Positions 49,673-62,130 of a stretch of DNA of 64,000 nucleotides are shown in pieces. This DNA comes from Ranitomeya imitator. Its lineage: Eukaryota. Below the pieces are notes generated by a model. It had not been told where the DNA came from and did not search any database. It was given only the letters and a program-made list of their open reading frames with translations. The position numbers were made by a program, and so were the translations under genes. The stretch is from assembly GCF_032444005.1 (NCBI RefSeq), contig NC_091286.1, forward strand, positions 708,474,001 to 708,538,000, given 5' to 3'. Each line of letters starts with the position of its first letter. The first letter of the stretch is position 1.

Positions 49673-51152
49673 CCATACAGGTGTCCCCGGCAGCCTCACA
49701 CACACGGTACCATACAGGTGTCCCCCGCAGCCTCAAACACACACACGGAACCATACAGGTGTCCCCCGCAGCCTCACACACGGTACCATACAGGGGTCCC
49801 CCGCAGCCTCACACACACACGGTACTATACAGGTGTCCCCCGCAGCCTCACACACACACGGTACCATACAGGTGTCCCCCGCAGCCTCACACACGGTACC
49901 ATACAGGTGTCCCCCGCAGCCAGCCACACACACACACGGAACCATACAGGTGTCCCCCGCAGCCTCACACACGGTACCATACAGGTGTCCCCCGCAGCCA
50001 CACACACACACACGGAACCATACAGGGGTCCCCCGCAGCCTCACACACACACGGTACCATACAGGTGTCCCCCGCAGCCTCACACACACACGGAACCATA
50101 CAGGTGTCCCCCGCAGACACACACACACACACACACACACACGGAACCATACAGGGGTCCCCCGCAGCCTCACACACACACGGTACCATACAGGTGTCCC
50201 CCGCAGCCTCACACACGGAACCATACAGGTGTCCCCCGCAGCCTCACACACACACGGAACCATACAGGTGTCCCCCGCAGCCTCACACACGGAACCATAC
50301 AGGTGTCCCCCGCAGCCTCACACACGGAACCATACAGGTGTCCCCCGCAGCCTCACACACGGTACCATACAGGGGTCCCCCGCAGCCTCACACACACACG
50401 GTAACATACAGGTGTCCCTGCAGCCTCACACACGGAACCATACAGGTGTCCCCCGCAGCCTCACACACGGAACCATACAGGTGTCCCCCGCAGCCTCACA
50501 CACACACTGTACCATACAGGTGTCCCCCGCAGCCTCACACACGGAACCATACAGGGGTCCCCCGCAGCCTCACACACACACACACGGAACCATACAGGTG
50601 TCCCCCGCAGCCTCACACACGGTACCATACAGGTGTCCCCCGCAGCCTCACACACGGTACCATACAGGGGTCCCCCGCAGCCTCACACACACACACACGG
50701 TACCATACAGGTGTCCCCTGCAGCCTCACACACACGGTACCATACAGGTGTCCCCCGCAGCCTCAAACACACACACGGAACCATACAGGTGTCCCCCGCA
50801 GCCTCACACACGGTACCATACAGGGGTCCCCCGCAGCCTCACACACACACGGTACTATACAGGTGTCCCCCGCAGCCTCACACACACACGGTACCATACA
50901 GGTGTCCCCCGCAGCCTCACACACGGTACCATACAGGTGTCCCCCGCAGCCAGCCACACACACACACACACACGGAACCATACAGGTGTCCCCCGCAGCC
51001 TCACACACGGTACCATACAGGTGTCCCCCGCAGCCACACACACACACACGGAACCATACAGGGGTCCCCCGCAGCCTCACACACACACGGTACCATACAG
51101 GTGTCCCCCGCAGCCTCACACACACACGGAACCATACAGGTGTCCCCCGCAG

Positions 51153-51184
<32 letters not shown>

Positions 51185-52451
51185 CCATACAGGGGTCCCC
51201 CGCAGCCTCACACACACACGGTACCATACAGGTGTCCCCCGCAGCCTCACACACGGAACCATACAGGTGTCCCCCGCAGCCTCACACACACACGGAACCA
51301 TACAGGTGTCCCCCGCAGCCTCACACACGGAACCATACAGGTGTCCCCCGCAGCCTCACACACGGAACCATACAGGTGTCCCCCGCAGCCTCACACACGG
51401 TACCATACAGGGGTCCCCCGCAGCCTCACACACACACGGTAACATACAGGTGTCCCTGCAGCCTCACACACGGAACCATACAGGTGTCCCCCGCAGCCTC
51501 ACACACGGAACCATACAGGTGTCCCCCGCAGCCTCACACACGGAACCATACAGGTGTCCCCCGCAGCCTCACACACACACTGTACCATACAGGTGTCCCC
51601 CGCAGCCTCACACACGGTACCATACAGGTGTCCCCCGCAGCCTCACACACGGTACCATACAGGTGTCCCCCGCAGCCTCACACACACACAGTACCATACA
51701 GGTGTCCCCCGCAGCCTCAAACACACACACGGAACCATACAGGTGTCCCCCGCAGCCTCACACACGGTACCATACAGGTGTCCCCCGCAGCCTCACACAC
51801 GGTACCATACAGGTGTCCCCCGCAGCCTCACACACACACAGTACCATACAGGTGTCCCCCGCAGCCTCAAACACACACACGGAACCATACAGGTGTCCCC
51901 CGCAGCCTCACACACGGTACCATACAGATGTCCCCCACAGCCTCACACACGGTACCATACAGGGGTCCCCCGCAGCCTCACACACACACACACGGTACCA
52001 TACAGGTGTCCCCTGCAGCCTCACACACACGGTACCATACAGGTGTCCCCCGCAGCCTCAAACACACACACGGAACCATACAGGTGTCCCCCGCAGCCTC
52101 ACACACGGTACCATACAGGGGTCCCCCGCAGCCTCACACACACACGGTACTATACAGGTGTCCCCCGCAGCCTCACACACACACGGTACCATACAGGTGT
52201 CCCCCGCAGCCTCACACACGGTACCATACAGGTGTCCCCCGCAGCCAGCCACACACACACACACACACACACGGAACCATACAGGTGTCCCCCGCAGCCT
52301 CACACACGGTACCATACAGGTGTCCCCCGCAGCCACACACACACACACGGAACCATACAGGGGTCCCCCGCAGCCTCACACACACACGGTACCATACAGG
52401 TGTCCCCCGCAGCCTCACACACACACGGAACCATACAGGTGTCCCCCGCAG

Positions 52452-52483
<32 letters not shown>

Positions 52484-54563
52484 CCATACAGGGGTCCCCC
52501 GCAGCCTCACACACACACGGTACCATACAGGTGTCCCCCGCAGCCTCACACACGGAACCATACAGGTGTCCCCCGCAGCCTCACACACACACGGAACCAT
52601 ACAGGTGTCCCCCGCAGCCTCACACACGGAACCATACAGGTGTCCCCCGCAGCCTCACACACGGAACCATACAGGTGTCCCCCGCAGCCTCACACACGGT
52701 ACCATACAGGGGTCCCCCGCAGCCTCACACACACACGGTAACATACAGGTGTCCCTGCAGCCTCACACACGGAACCATACAGGTGTCCCCCGCAGCCTCA
52801 CACACGGAACCATACAGGTGTCCCCCGCAGCCTCACACACGGAACCATACAGGTGTCCCCCGCAGCCTCACACACACACTGTACCATACAGGTGTCCCCC
52901 GCAGCCTCACACACGGTACCATACAGGTGTCCCCCGCAGCCTCACACACGGTACCATACAGGTGTCCCCCGCAGCCTCACACACACACAGTACCATACAG
53001 GTGTCCCCCGCAGCCTCAAACACACACACGGAACCATACAGGTGTCCCCCGCAGCCTCACACACGGTACCATACAGGTGTCCCCCGCAGCCTCACACACG
53101 GTACCATACAGGTGTCCCCCGCAGCCTCACACACACACAGTACCATACAGGTGTCCCCCGCAGCCTCAAACACACACACGGAACCATACAGGTGTCCCCC
53201 GCAGCCTCACACACGGTACCATACAGATGTCCCCCACAGCCTCACACACGGTACCATACAGGGGTCCCCCGCAGCCTCACACACACACAGTACCATACAG
53301 GGGTCCCCCACAGCCTCACACACACACACACTGTACCATACAGGGGTCCCCCACAGCCTCACACACGGTACCATAGAGGGGTCCCCCACAGCCACACACA
53401 CACACACACTGTACCATACAGGGGTCCCCCGCAGCCTCACACACACACTGTACCATACAGGTGTCCCCCGCAGCCTCACACACGGTACCATACAGGTGTC
53501 CCCCACAGCCTCACACACGGTACCATAGAGGGGTCCCCCACAGCCACACACACACACACACTGTACCATACAGGGGTCCCCCACAGCCTCACACACGGTA
53601 CCATAGAGGGGTCCCCCACAGCCACACACACACACACACACTGTACCATACAGGGGTCCCCCGCAGCCTCACACACACACTGTACCATACAGGTGTCCCC
53701 CACAGCCTCACACACGGTACCATAGAGGGGTCCCCCACAGCCACACACACACACACACTGTACCATACAGGGGTCCCCCACAGCCTCACACACACACGGT
53801 ACCATACAGGTGTCCCCCGCAGCCTCACACACGGTACCATACAGGTGTCCCCCGCAGCCTCACACACACACGGTACCATACAGAGGTCCCCCGCAGCCTC
53901 ACACACACACGGTACCATACAGGGGTCCCCAACAGCCTCACACACACACATGGTACCATACAGGGGTCCCCAACAGCCTCACACACACGCACATACACGG
54001 AACCATACAGGGGTCCCCCGCAGCCTCACACACACACGGTACCATACAGGGGTCCCCAACAGCCTCACACGCACACTGTACCATACAGGAGTCCCCCGCA
54101 GCCTCACACACACACACACAGTACCATACAGGGGTCCCTCGCAGCCTCACACACACTGTACCATACAGGGGTCCCCCACAGCCTCACACACACACGGTAC
54201 CATACAGGGGTCCCCCGCAGCCTCACACACACACGGTACCATACAGGGGTCCCCCGCAGCCTCACACACACTGTACCATACAGGGGTCCCCACAGCCTCA
54301 CACACACACACTGTACCATACAGGGGTCCCCCACAGTCTCACACACACACACGGTACCATACAGGGGTCCCCCACAGCCACACACACACACACTGTACCG
54401 TACAGGGGTCCCCGCAGCCTCACACACGGTACCGTACAGGGGTCCCCCGCAGCCTCACACACACACACTGTACCGTACAGGGGTCCCCCGCAGCCTCACA
54501 CACACACACAGGTCCCCCGCAGCCTCACACACACACACACTACCATACAGGGGTCCCCCGCAG

Positions 54564-54599
<36 letters not shown>

Positions 54600-54715
54600 C
54601 CGTACAGGGGTCCCCCGCAGCCTCACACACACACACGGTACCATACAGGGGTCCCCGCAGCCTCACACACACACACAGGTCCCCCGCAGCCTCACACACA
54701 CACGGTACCGTACAG
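48620..54715. repeat. ~33-40-bp satellite with a variable (CA)n core (ggtaccatacaggtgtcccccgcagcctcacacac)n
   Basis: Directly visible; 6.1 kb. Confidence 0.98.
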
Positions 54716-54739
54716 GAGCCACGAACGGACACACACAGG

Positions 54740-55130
54740 GATGCCGGACACTACATGCACAGAATCAGCGCACGGGGAGGAGTTATATGAGCGACCAATC
54801 ACGCTCCGGCTATTATTTCTCAGGAGTCAGTTTGATCATGAAAGCCTCCACGTGATTGGCTGTCAGTCCCGCTCGCACGGTTCTATACCATTTGAAGACA
54901 CAGTTTCTGTACCGTTTATCAGCTGCCGCCGTCCACCGTGAGGCCCGGATCCGGGGCTAATTCTCTGTGTAACGTTTAAAGCCGGCGCCCGTGTGTCTGT
55001 GCGGGCGCGCTCCGGTGACGTCACGCCGACGACTAAGTGTTCTCGGTGTGAGTCTCTAGGAAAATGGCGCCCGGGAGCTGCAGCGGCCATGTTACCGGAG
55101 TCCTGACTACAGGAACATGGCGGCTCCGGC
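54740..55130. promoter_or_regulatory. CpG-rich, probably bidirectional promoter
   Basis: A unique CpG-rich island between two satellites. It has CCAAT boxes (gaccaatca ~54793, tgattggct ~54854), E-box CACGTG ~54849, CRE TGACGTCA ~55016, YY1-like AAAATGGCG 55061-55069, and a minus-strand TATA-like CATATAAC ~54783-54790. Confidence 0.7.
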
Positions 55131-55254
55131 TGTGGAGCTGCTCACTGACGGCTGGTTGTTATTATTACCTGTGTTCTTATTGTTTCTACTTCTCTATGAA
55201 ATCTGTGTGTAATGGGGCCGAGGATTTGGGTTTTCTGTACTGTTTTCGGAATGA

Positions 55255-56608
55255 TGGCCGTGCTTGGTTTCTACGGAGTCCCCGCGCTTGGTTTCTGCAG
55301 ACGCCTCGTGCTTGGTTTCTGTGGACCCCCCGCGCTTGGTTTCTGCTGACGCCTCCGTGCTTGGTTTCTGTGGACCCCCCGCGCTTGGTTTCTGCAGACG
55401 CCTCCGCGCTTGGTTTCTGCAGACGCCTCCGTGCTTGGTTTCTGTGGACCCTCCAGGCTTGGTTTCTGTGGACCCCCCGCGCTTGGTTTCTGCAGACGCC
55501 TCCATGCTTGGTTTCTGTGGACCCTCCGCGCTTGGTTTCTACGGAGTTCCCACACTTGGTTTCTGTGGACCCCCCGCGCTTGGTTTCTGCAGACGCCTCC
55601 GTGCTTTGTTTCTGTGGACCCTCCGGGCTTGGTTTCTACGGAGTTCCCACACTTGGTTTCTGTGGACCCTCGTGCTTGGTTTCTACAGCGTCCCCGCGCT
55701 TGGTTTCTATGGACTCTCCGCGCTTGGTTTCTGCTGACGCCTCCGTGCTTGGTTTCTGTGGACCCTCCGCGCTTGGTTTCTATGGACCCTCCGCGCTTGG
55801 TTTCTGCTGACGCCTCCGTGCTTGGTTTCTATGGACCCTCCGCGCTTGGTTTCTGCTGACGCCTCCGTGCTTGGTTTCTGTGGACCCCCCGCGCTTGGTT
55901 TCTGCAGACGCCTCCGTGCTTGGTTTCTGTGGACCCCCCGCGCTTGGTTTCTGCAGACGCCTCCGTGCTTGGTTTCTGTGGACCCTCCGGGCTTGGTTTC
56001 TATGGACCCTCCGCGCTTGGTTTCTGCTGACGCCTCCGTGCTTGGTTTCTGTGGACCCTCCGGGCTTGGTTTCTATGGACCCCCTGTGCTTGGTTTCTGC
56101 AGATGCCTCCGTGCTTGGTTTCTGCTGACGCCTCCGTGCTTGGTTTCTATGGACCCTCCGCGCTTGGTTTCTGCTGACGCCTCCGTGCTTGGTTTCTGTG
56201 GACCCTCCGGGCTTGGTTTCTATGGACCCTCCGCGCTTGGTTTCTGCTGACGCCTCCGTGCTTGGTTTCTGTGGACCCTCCGGGCTTGGTTTCTATGGAC
56301 CCTCCGCGCTTGGTTTCTGCTGACGCCTCCGTGCTTGGTTTCTGTGGACCCTCCGGGCTTGGTTTCTATGGACCCCCCGCGCTTGGTTTCTGCTGACGCC
56401 TCCGTGCTTGGTTTCTGTGGACCCTCCGGGCTTGGTTTCTATGGACCCCCTGTGCTTGGTTTCTGCAGATGCCTCCGTGCTTGGTTTCTGTGGACCCTCC
56501 AGGCTTGGTTTCTATGGACCCTCCGTTCTTGGTTTCTGCTGACGCCTCCGTGCTTGGTTTCTGTGGACCCTCCGCGCTTGGTTTCTGCTGACACCTCCGT
56601 GCTTGGTT
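55255..56608. repeat. Compound ~24-bp minisatellite (gcttggtttctgtggaccctccgc / gcttggtttctgcagacgcctccgt)n
   Basis: Two alternating unit variants visible. Confidence 0.97.
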
Positions 56609-56654
56609 GGGAGAATCCACTTTGGATTGCAGGACATCTCCGTCCACTCCTGGA

Positions 56655-56671
56655 ATGTGCGCACACACACG

Positions 56672-56708
<37 letters not shown>
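56655..56708. repeat. (CA)n microsatellite
   Basis: Directly visible. Confidence 0.95.
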
Positions 56709-56710
<2 letters not shown>

Positions 56711-57636
56711 TCATCCCCTCAGGCCATAAAAAGCCATGCAGTCTTTATCTTTAATTAAAAAGCCAGGACCAAACCCTTTGAAGCTCTCAACACAATGGAT
56801 GTGAATACTTTTCTGCCCAATGATGTCAGAAGTATTCTAGGAGTGATACCTTTATTGGCTAACCAGAAAATAATATGTTTGTAGCTTTCAGAGCACAGTG
56901 GCTCCTACTTCAGGCAAAATTACAAATAGATTAATAATAAGAAACAAGCACAACATTTAAAGAATAGTACAGAAGGACATTTGTTAGGGGGTGGGAAGTG
57001 TGAGGAGTCCATAGATAAGCCAAGGAAATCAAATTAAAATAAGTGAAAGCAGTCAGAGGGGAGCACAGAGGAATCTCGACCCAGGGAAGGGGAGATAAAA
57101 GGAGTTGTCGAGCACCACCGCAGTTCCAGCTGAATACCTCCAAGGGAGGATAAGAGCATGTGTCAAACAGAAATCAGTCCCGGGAGCGCTGAAGAAAACC
57201 CAGACAACATATGTAGTTTACCAAAACGCGTTTTGACGGTAAACACCGTCTTCTTCAGGTGGGAGTTTCACAAGGCAATCTTGCCTTGTGCAGGCGTGTA
57301 CTATGGAGGACAGAGAATGAACTTCAATTCAATATTGCAGCCAGCGGGTAAGGAAAGGGTGAATCAAACACCCGAAAACCCCGCCCCTATGGCTGAAGAT
57401 TGCTCCCTCCAAATTCAGGTGACAGAGTCCCTTTAAATCTGTCATACTGTGTCCAGGTCCAGAGAAATGTTTTCCCACCGGTGCGTCCACTTCATTCCTG
57501 ATTGTGTCCGTGTAGGTTCATCCTAGTTTGTAGTCTTTGCATAGTTTCCCCAATATAGAGACTTCCAGGGCACCTCGTACATTGTATCATGTACACCACG
57601 TTGGAGGATGTACAAGAAAAGGAGCCCATGACCTTA

Positions 57637-57987
57637 GGCTATGCTCACACTTTGCGGATTCCACTGCGGAATTTTCCGCAGCGGAATTCCAAAATCCGCA
57701 GTGAAAACCCGTCGCGGTTTTTACTGCGGATTAATCGCGGTTTTTACTGCGGTTTCTTATGCAGATTTTCATCAGCATTTTCCTATTGGAGCAGGTGAAA
57801 ATCCGCAGTAAAGAAGTGACATGCTGCGGAATGTAATCCGCTGCGTTTCCGCGCGTTTTTTTCCGCAGCATGTGCACAGCGTTTTTTGTTTCCCATAGGT
57901 TTACATTGTACTGTAAACTCATGGGAAACTGCTGCGGATCCGCAGCGGTCGGATCCGCAGCAAAATCCGCAAAGTGTGAACATAGCC
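57637..57987. mobile_element. PIF/Harbinger MITE
   Basis: TIRs ggctatgctcacactttgcgga / tccgcaaagtgtgaacatagcc; TTA TSD at 57634-36 and 57988-90. Confidence 0.92.
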
Positions 57988-58905
57988 TTATAGTCCTGAT
58001 TTGGGTTTGGTACACGGACTATATCTGTTGGTAATATGCGGGGACACGTTTTTAATTTTTTATTGTTACAGGGGAATGTGCCGGTCACTGATGGTGATGA
58101 GGACACTTCTAACAAGGAGATTCCTTAAGTTAGGGGGCTGTTTATAGGAGAGAAGTGGTAGTTCTGGGACTAGGTCTTTCAATTTGTGATCTCTATGGAA
58201 TATGGGTTGGAGATCAGCACCGATTTTCCTTAGGATGCTCATGTGGGGGTTGTATGTGGAGGTGCCCTGTTGTTATCCTCTCTCAGTCTGTAATCCAGGA
58301 GGCTGTTTCTTGGGATCCTTGTAGCCCTGTGGATCTGCTCATCTATTACCAGTGGATGGGATCCTTGTTGTAGGAATGTGTTCCTCAGTGATGGCAGCTG
58401 TAGTTCCCTGTCTTTGCTGTCTGAACAGATCCGAATATACCTCAGAGCTTGACTGTAGATGATGGATTTTTTTGTGTCTTGGATGAAAGCTGTTCCATCT
58501 GAGATAAGCCGGACGTCCGGTGGGCTTGTGGTAAATGGATGTCTGTATGGCATTGTCCTTGATGTATATGGTCATGTCCGGAAAATGTATTTGGGTCTTT
58601 GATAAGTTGAGGGAGAGCTTGATGGTTGGGTGGAACTTGTTGAAGTTATTGTGGAAGGTGAGTAGATCATCTTTTGAGCCTTTCCATATTATTAGCAGAT
58701 CATCAATGTAGTGGAAGTATGCAAAAGGTTTAACAGAACAAGATGACAAAAATTCTTCCTCTAGTTTCGCCATAAATAAGTTAGCATATTGTGGGGACAT
58801 TTTGCTTCCCATGGCGCTGCCCATACACTGTTGGTATAAATTGTTCCCAAAACTAGTTGTGATGGAGCACATCAACCAATAGTTGGTGAGGCGCACACCC
58901 AGCTA

Positions 58906-60512
58906 CAGTGGGGCAAAAAAGTATTTAGTCAGTCAGCAATAGTGCAAGTTCCACCACTTAAAAAGATGAGAGGCGTCTGTAATTTACATCATAGGTAGAC
59001 CTCAACTATGGGAGACAAACTGAGAAAAAAAAAATCCAGAAAATCACATTGTCTGTTTTTTTAACAATTTATTTGCATATTATTGTGGAAAATAAGTATT
59101 TGGTCAGAAACAAACAATCAAGATTTCTGGCTCTCACAGACCTGTAACTTCTTCTTTAAGAGTCTCCTCTTTCCTCCACTCATTACCTTTAGTAATGGCA
59201 CCTGTTTAAACTTGTTATCTGTATAAAAAGACACCTGTGCACACCCTCAAACAGTCTGACTCCAAACTCCACTATGGTGAAGACCAAAGAGCTGTCAAAG
59301 GACACCAGAAACAAAATTGCAGCCCTGCACCAGGCTGGGAAGACCGAATCTGCAATAGCCAACCAGCTTGGAGTGAAGAAATCAACAGTGGGAGCAATAA
59401 TTAGAAAATGGAAGACATACAAGACCACTGATAATCTCCCTCGATCTGGGGCTCCACGCAAAATCCCACCCCGTGGGGTCAGAATGATCACAAGAACGGT
59501 GAGCAAAAATCCCAGAACCACGCGGGGGGACCTAGTGAATGAACTGCAGAGAGCTGGGACCAATGTAACAAGGCCTACCATAAGTAACACACTACGCCAC
59601 CATGGACTCAGATCCTGCAGTGCCAGACGTGTCCCACTGCTTAAGCCAGTACATGTCCGGGCCCGTCTGAAGTTTGCTAGAGAGCATTTGGATGATCCAG
59701 AGGAGTTTTGGGAGAATGTCCTATGGTCTGATGAAACCAAACTGGAACTGTTTGGCAGAAACACAACTTGTCGTGTTTGGAGGAAAAAGAATACTGAGTT
59801 GCATCCATCAAACACTATACCTACTGTAAAGCATGGTGGTGGAAACATCATGCTTTGGGGCTGTTTCTCTGCAAAGGGGCCAGGACGACTGATCCGGGTA
59901 CATGAAAGAATGAATGGGGCCATGTATCGTGAGATTTTGAGTGCAAACCTCCTTCCATCAGCAAGGGCATTGAAGATGAAACGTGGCTGGGTCTTTCAAC
60001 ATGACAATGATCCAAAGCACACCGCCAGGGCAATGAAGGAGTGGCTTCGTAAGAAGCATTTCAAGGTCCTGGAGTGGCCTAGCCAGTCTCCAGATCTCAA
60101 CCCTATAGAAAACCTTTAGAGGGAGTTGAAAGTCCGTGTTGCCAAGCGAAAAGCCAAAAACATCACTGCTTTGGAGGAGATCTGCATGGAGGAATGGGCC
60201 AACATACCAACAACAGTGTGTGGCAACCTTGTGAAGACTTACAGAAAACGTTTGACCTCTGTCATTGCCAACAAAGGATATATTACAAAGTATTGAGATG
60301 AAATTTTGTTTCTGACCAAATACTTATTTTCCACCATAATATGCAAATAAAATGTTAAAAAAACAGACAATGTGATTTTCTGGATTTTTTTTTCTCAGTT
60401 TGTCTCCCATAGTTGAGGTCTACCTATGATGTAAATTACAGACGCCTCTCATCTTTTTAAGTGGTGGAACTTGCACTATTGCTAACTGCCTAAATACTTT
60501 TTTGCCCCACTG
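58906..60512 (+). mobile_element. Tc1 element with long TIRs; transposase 59274-60296 with a single nonsense codon at 60117
   Basis: TIRs cagtggggcaaaaaagtattt, TA TSDs, [25 protein letters not shown] (TAG at the usual Trp codon); the frame continues to KGYITKY*. Confidence 0.96.
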
Positions 60513-61145
60513 TATATCCAGGACACCACGGATATTCTTTGCAGATTGTCAGTGCTGGGCCCACTTCCAGAGAACACGCAACTAGCCACCATGGATGTAG
60601 AGTATCTCTATTCCAACATTCCTCATGATGATGATGGAATTGCAGCATGTAAATATTTCCTTCAAAAGAACGATATAGCCACAGAACCAACACTGCAATT
60701 TATGAGGTTTGTGCTACATCACAACTATTTTTCTTTTGGGAACAATTTATACCAAAAGTTGGCTGTACATTCTTCAGCCAATGGGGCTGCTTGCTCTGGA
60801 GTGTCGGGCTTCTGGTCGGCTACCCACTCTCGAATTTCTGGGGCCATGTTCTCCATAAGTTGTTTAAGCACAATCACGTAGGGCAGCAGTGAAGTGGGCA
60901 GCCCTACAGCCGAGCCAACGGTTGCAGTGTCTCCAAAGTTGACTGCCAAATGCTACATCATAACATAAGTGAAAGCAGTCAGAGGGGAGCGCAGAGGAAT
61001 TGACCCAGGGAACTGGAGATGAAAGGGAGTTGTCGAGCACCACCGCAGCTCCAGTTGAATACCTCCAAAGGAGGATAAGAATGTGTGTCAAACAGAAATC
61101 AGTCCCAGGAGCGCTGAAGGAAACTCAGACAACATATGTCGTTTG

Positions 61146-61187
61146 CCACAACGCGTTTCAACGATAAACACCATCTTCTTCAGGTGG
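61146..61187 (-). ncRNA. Minimal type I hammerhead ribozyme motif
   Basis: CCAC-CUGAAGA-A-GAUGGU(GUUU)AUCGUU-GAAAC-GC-GUU-GUGG. Confidence 0.7.
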
Positions 61188-61192
61188 GAGTA

Positions 61193-61233
61193 CACCTGAA
61201 GAAGACGGTGTTTACCGTTGAAACGCGTTGTGG
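61193..61233 (+). ncRNA. Minimal type I hammerhead ribozyme motif
   Basis: CAC-CUGAAGA-A-GACGGU(GUUU)ACCGUU-GAAAC-GC-GUU-GUG. Confidence 0.7.
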
Positions 61234-62009
61234 CAAACGACATATGTTGTCTGAGTTTCCTTCAGCGCTCCTGAGACTGATTTCTGTTTGACACAAATGC
61301 TACATCGTAAACCCCCTGGGAGACAATGTACGGAACTTGGTGCAATATCTCTCGGGGGTGGTGGTAAAAAGTGCCAGCAGGGTATCCTTAATAGTTCCAT
61401 AGTCCAGGCAGTATTGAAGCCCAAGTGACCGTGCAAGCATCCCGTGCCCGACCAGTCAAACTAGTCCACAGGTATTTAGTCCAATCAGCTATGGGCACCT
61501 GATGCATTATCATCAGAGTTTCAAAATCTTGCAGATGTTCTTCAACCTCTGTGTTGGACTCATTAAACACTGTCACATCTCTGTAGTGAAGATGATTTCC
61601 TTGGTGGGCCATCACGGAGGTAGGGTCCGGCGTTAGTGGTAGGGGTAATGGAACTCTCAAAACTGATTCAATAACACAAGCCCTCTCCTCACTTTAAGTC
61701 TCTGGGTCCCAATGCAATCAACAATTCCTGGTTTCGGGCTGCTGGTGAATGGGTATTAGATTCCAGACTACCAATGGATTCTGGATTTGGCAAGCAGCTT
61801 AATTCCTCTGGGTCAACTTCAGCAGAGTTTTCATCATCTTCCACAATGTTCTGGGCATCCCAACTAACATTCTTTGGTCAAATCTGACCGAGTGTCCGTG
61901 GTCCGGTATTCAAACCATCAAAGCTGTCACAGCTCCTATAGTTGTTTCTTGTTGCGGCTATACATCCACTTTAGTCCTCTTCCCAAGGCGGAGTTGGTGG
62001 GGGTTCAAC

Positions 62010-62130
62010 ACGGTGGCTTGGCCATGAAAAGATTTGCAAACTGTGGGGCCATTTTACTTCCCATTGCTGTGCCAGTCTCCTGTAGATAGATCTTCTTGTC
62101 AAACTCAAATTTGACACGCTCACTGACAGA
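62010..62130 (-). mobile_element. Small Penelope RT fragment
   Basis: FEFDKKIYLQETGTAMGSKMAPQFANLFMAK. Confidence 0.75.

Larger units (their letters stand above)
56835..60755 (-). mobile_element. Penelope-like element (RT + GIY-YIG), with an inverted 5' segment and nested MITE and Tc1
   Basis: Minus strand: GSAMGSKMSPQYANLFM, YIDD, IYHKPT, SIIYSQALRY, and GIY-YIG (VVYMIQC...LYIGET). Plus-strand 5' piece: LVRRTPSYIQDTTD...LATMDVEYLYSNIPH...FGNNLYQ. Confidence 0.9.
60960..61293. mobile_element. Short Penelope-derived insertion: terminal repeat plus inverted partial copy
   Basis: 13-bp TSD caaatgctacatc (60947-59, 61294-306); homologous to 57040-57265; ~103-bp palindrome arms. Confidence 0.88.
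60756..62000 (-). mobile_element. Gmr1-like (family B) gag remnant with a SCAN-like capsid
   Basis: EVEEHLQDFETLM...LTGRARDAC and EIREWVADQKPDTPEQAA parallel the gag at 39147-39600; the 5' part is homologous to 63740-64000. Confidence 0.75.

Noticed and set aside
49105-54855. 1423-aa, 1317-aa and other His/Thr/Pro-rich ORFs
   Set aside because: Translations of the CA-core satellite; open in several frames because the unit lacks stops on this strand.
55064-55212. Identification of the divergent gene as atraid or eif2b4 from human synteny and an LYEIC/LPEIC look-alike
   Set aside because: The similarity is only a few residues, and no downstream exons of either gene were found in the window.
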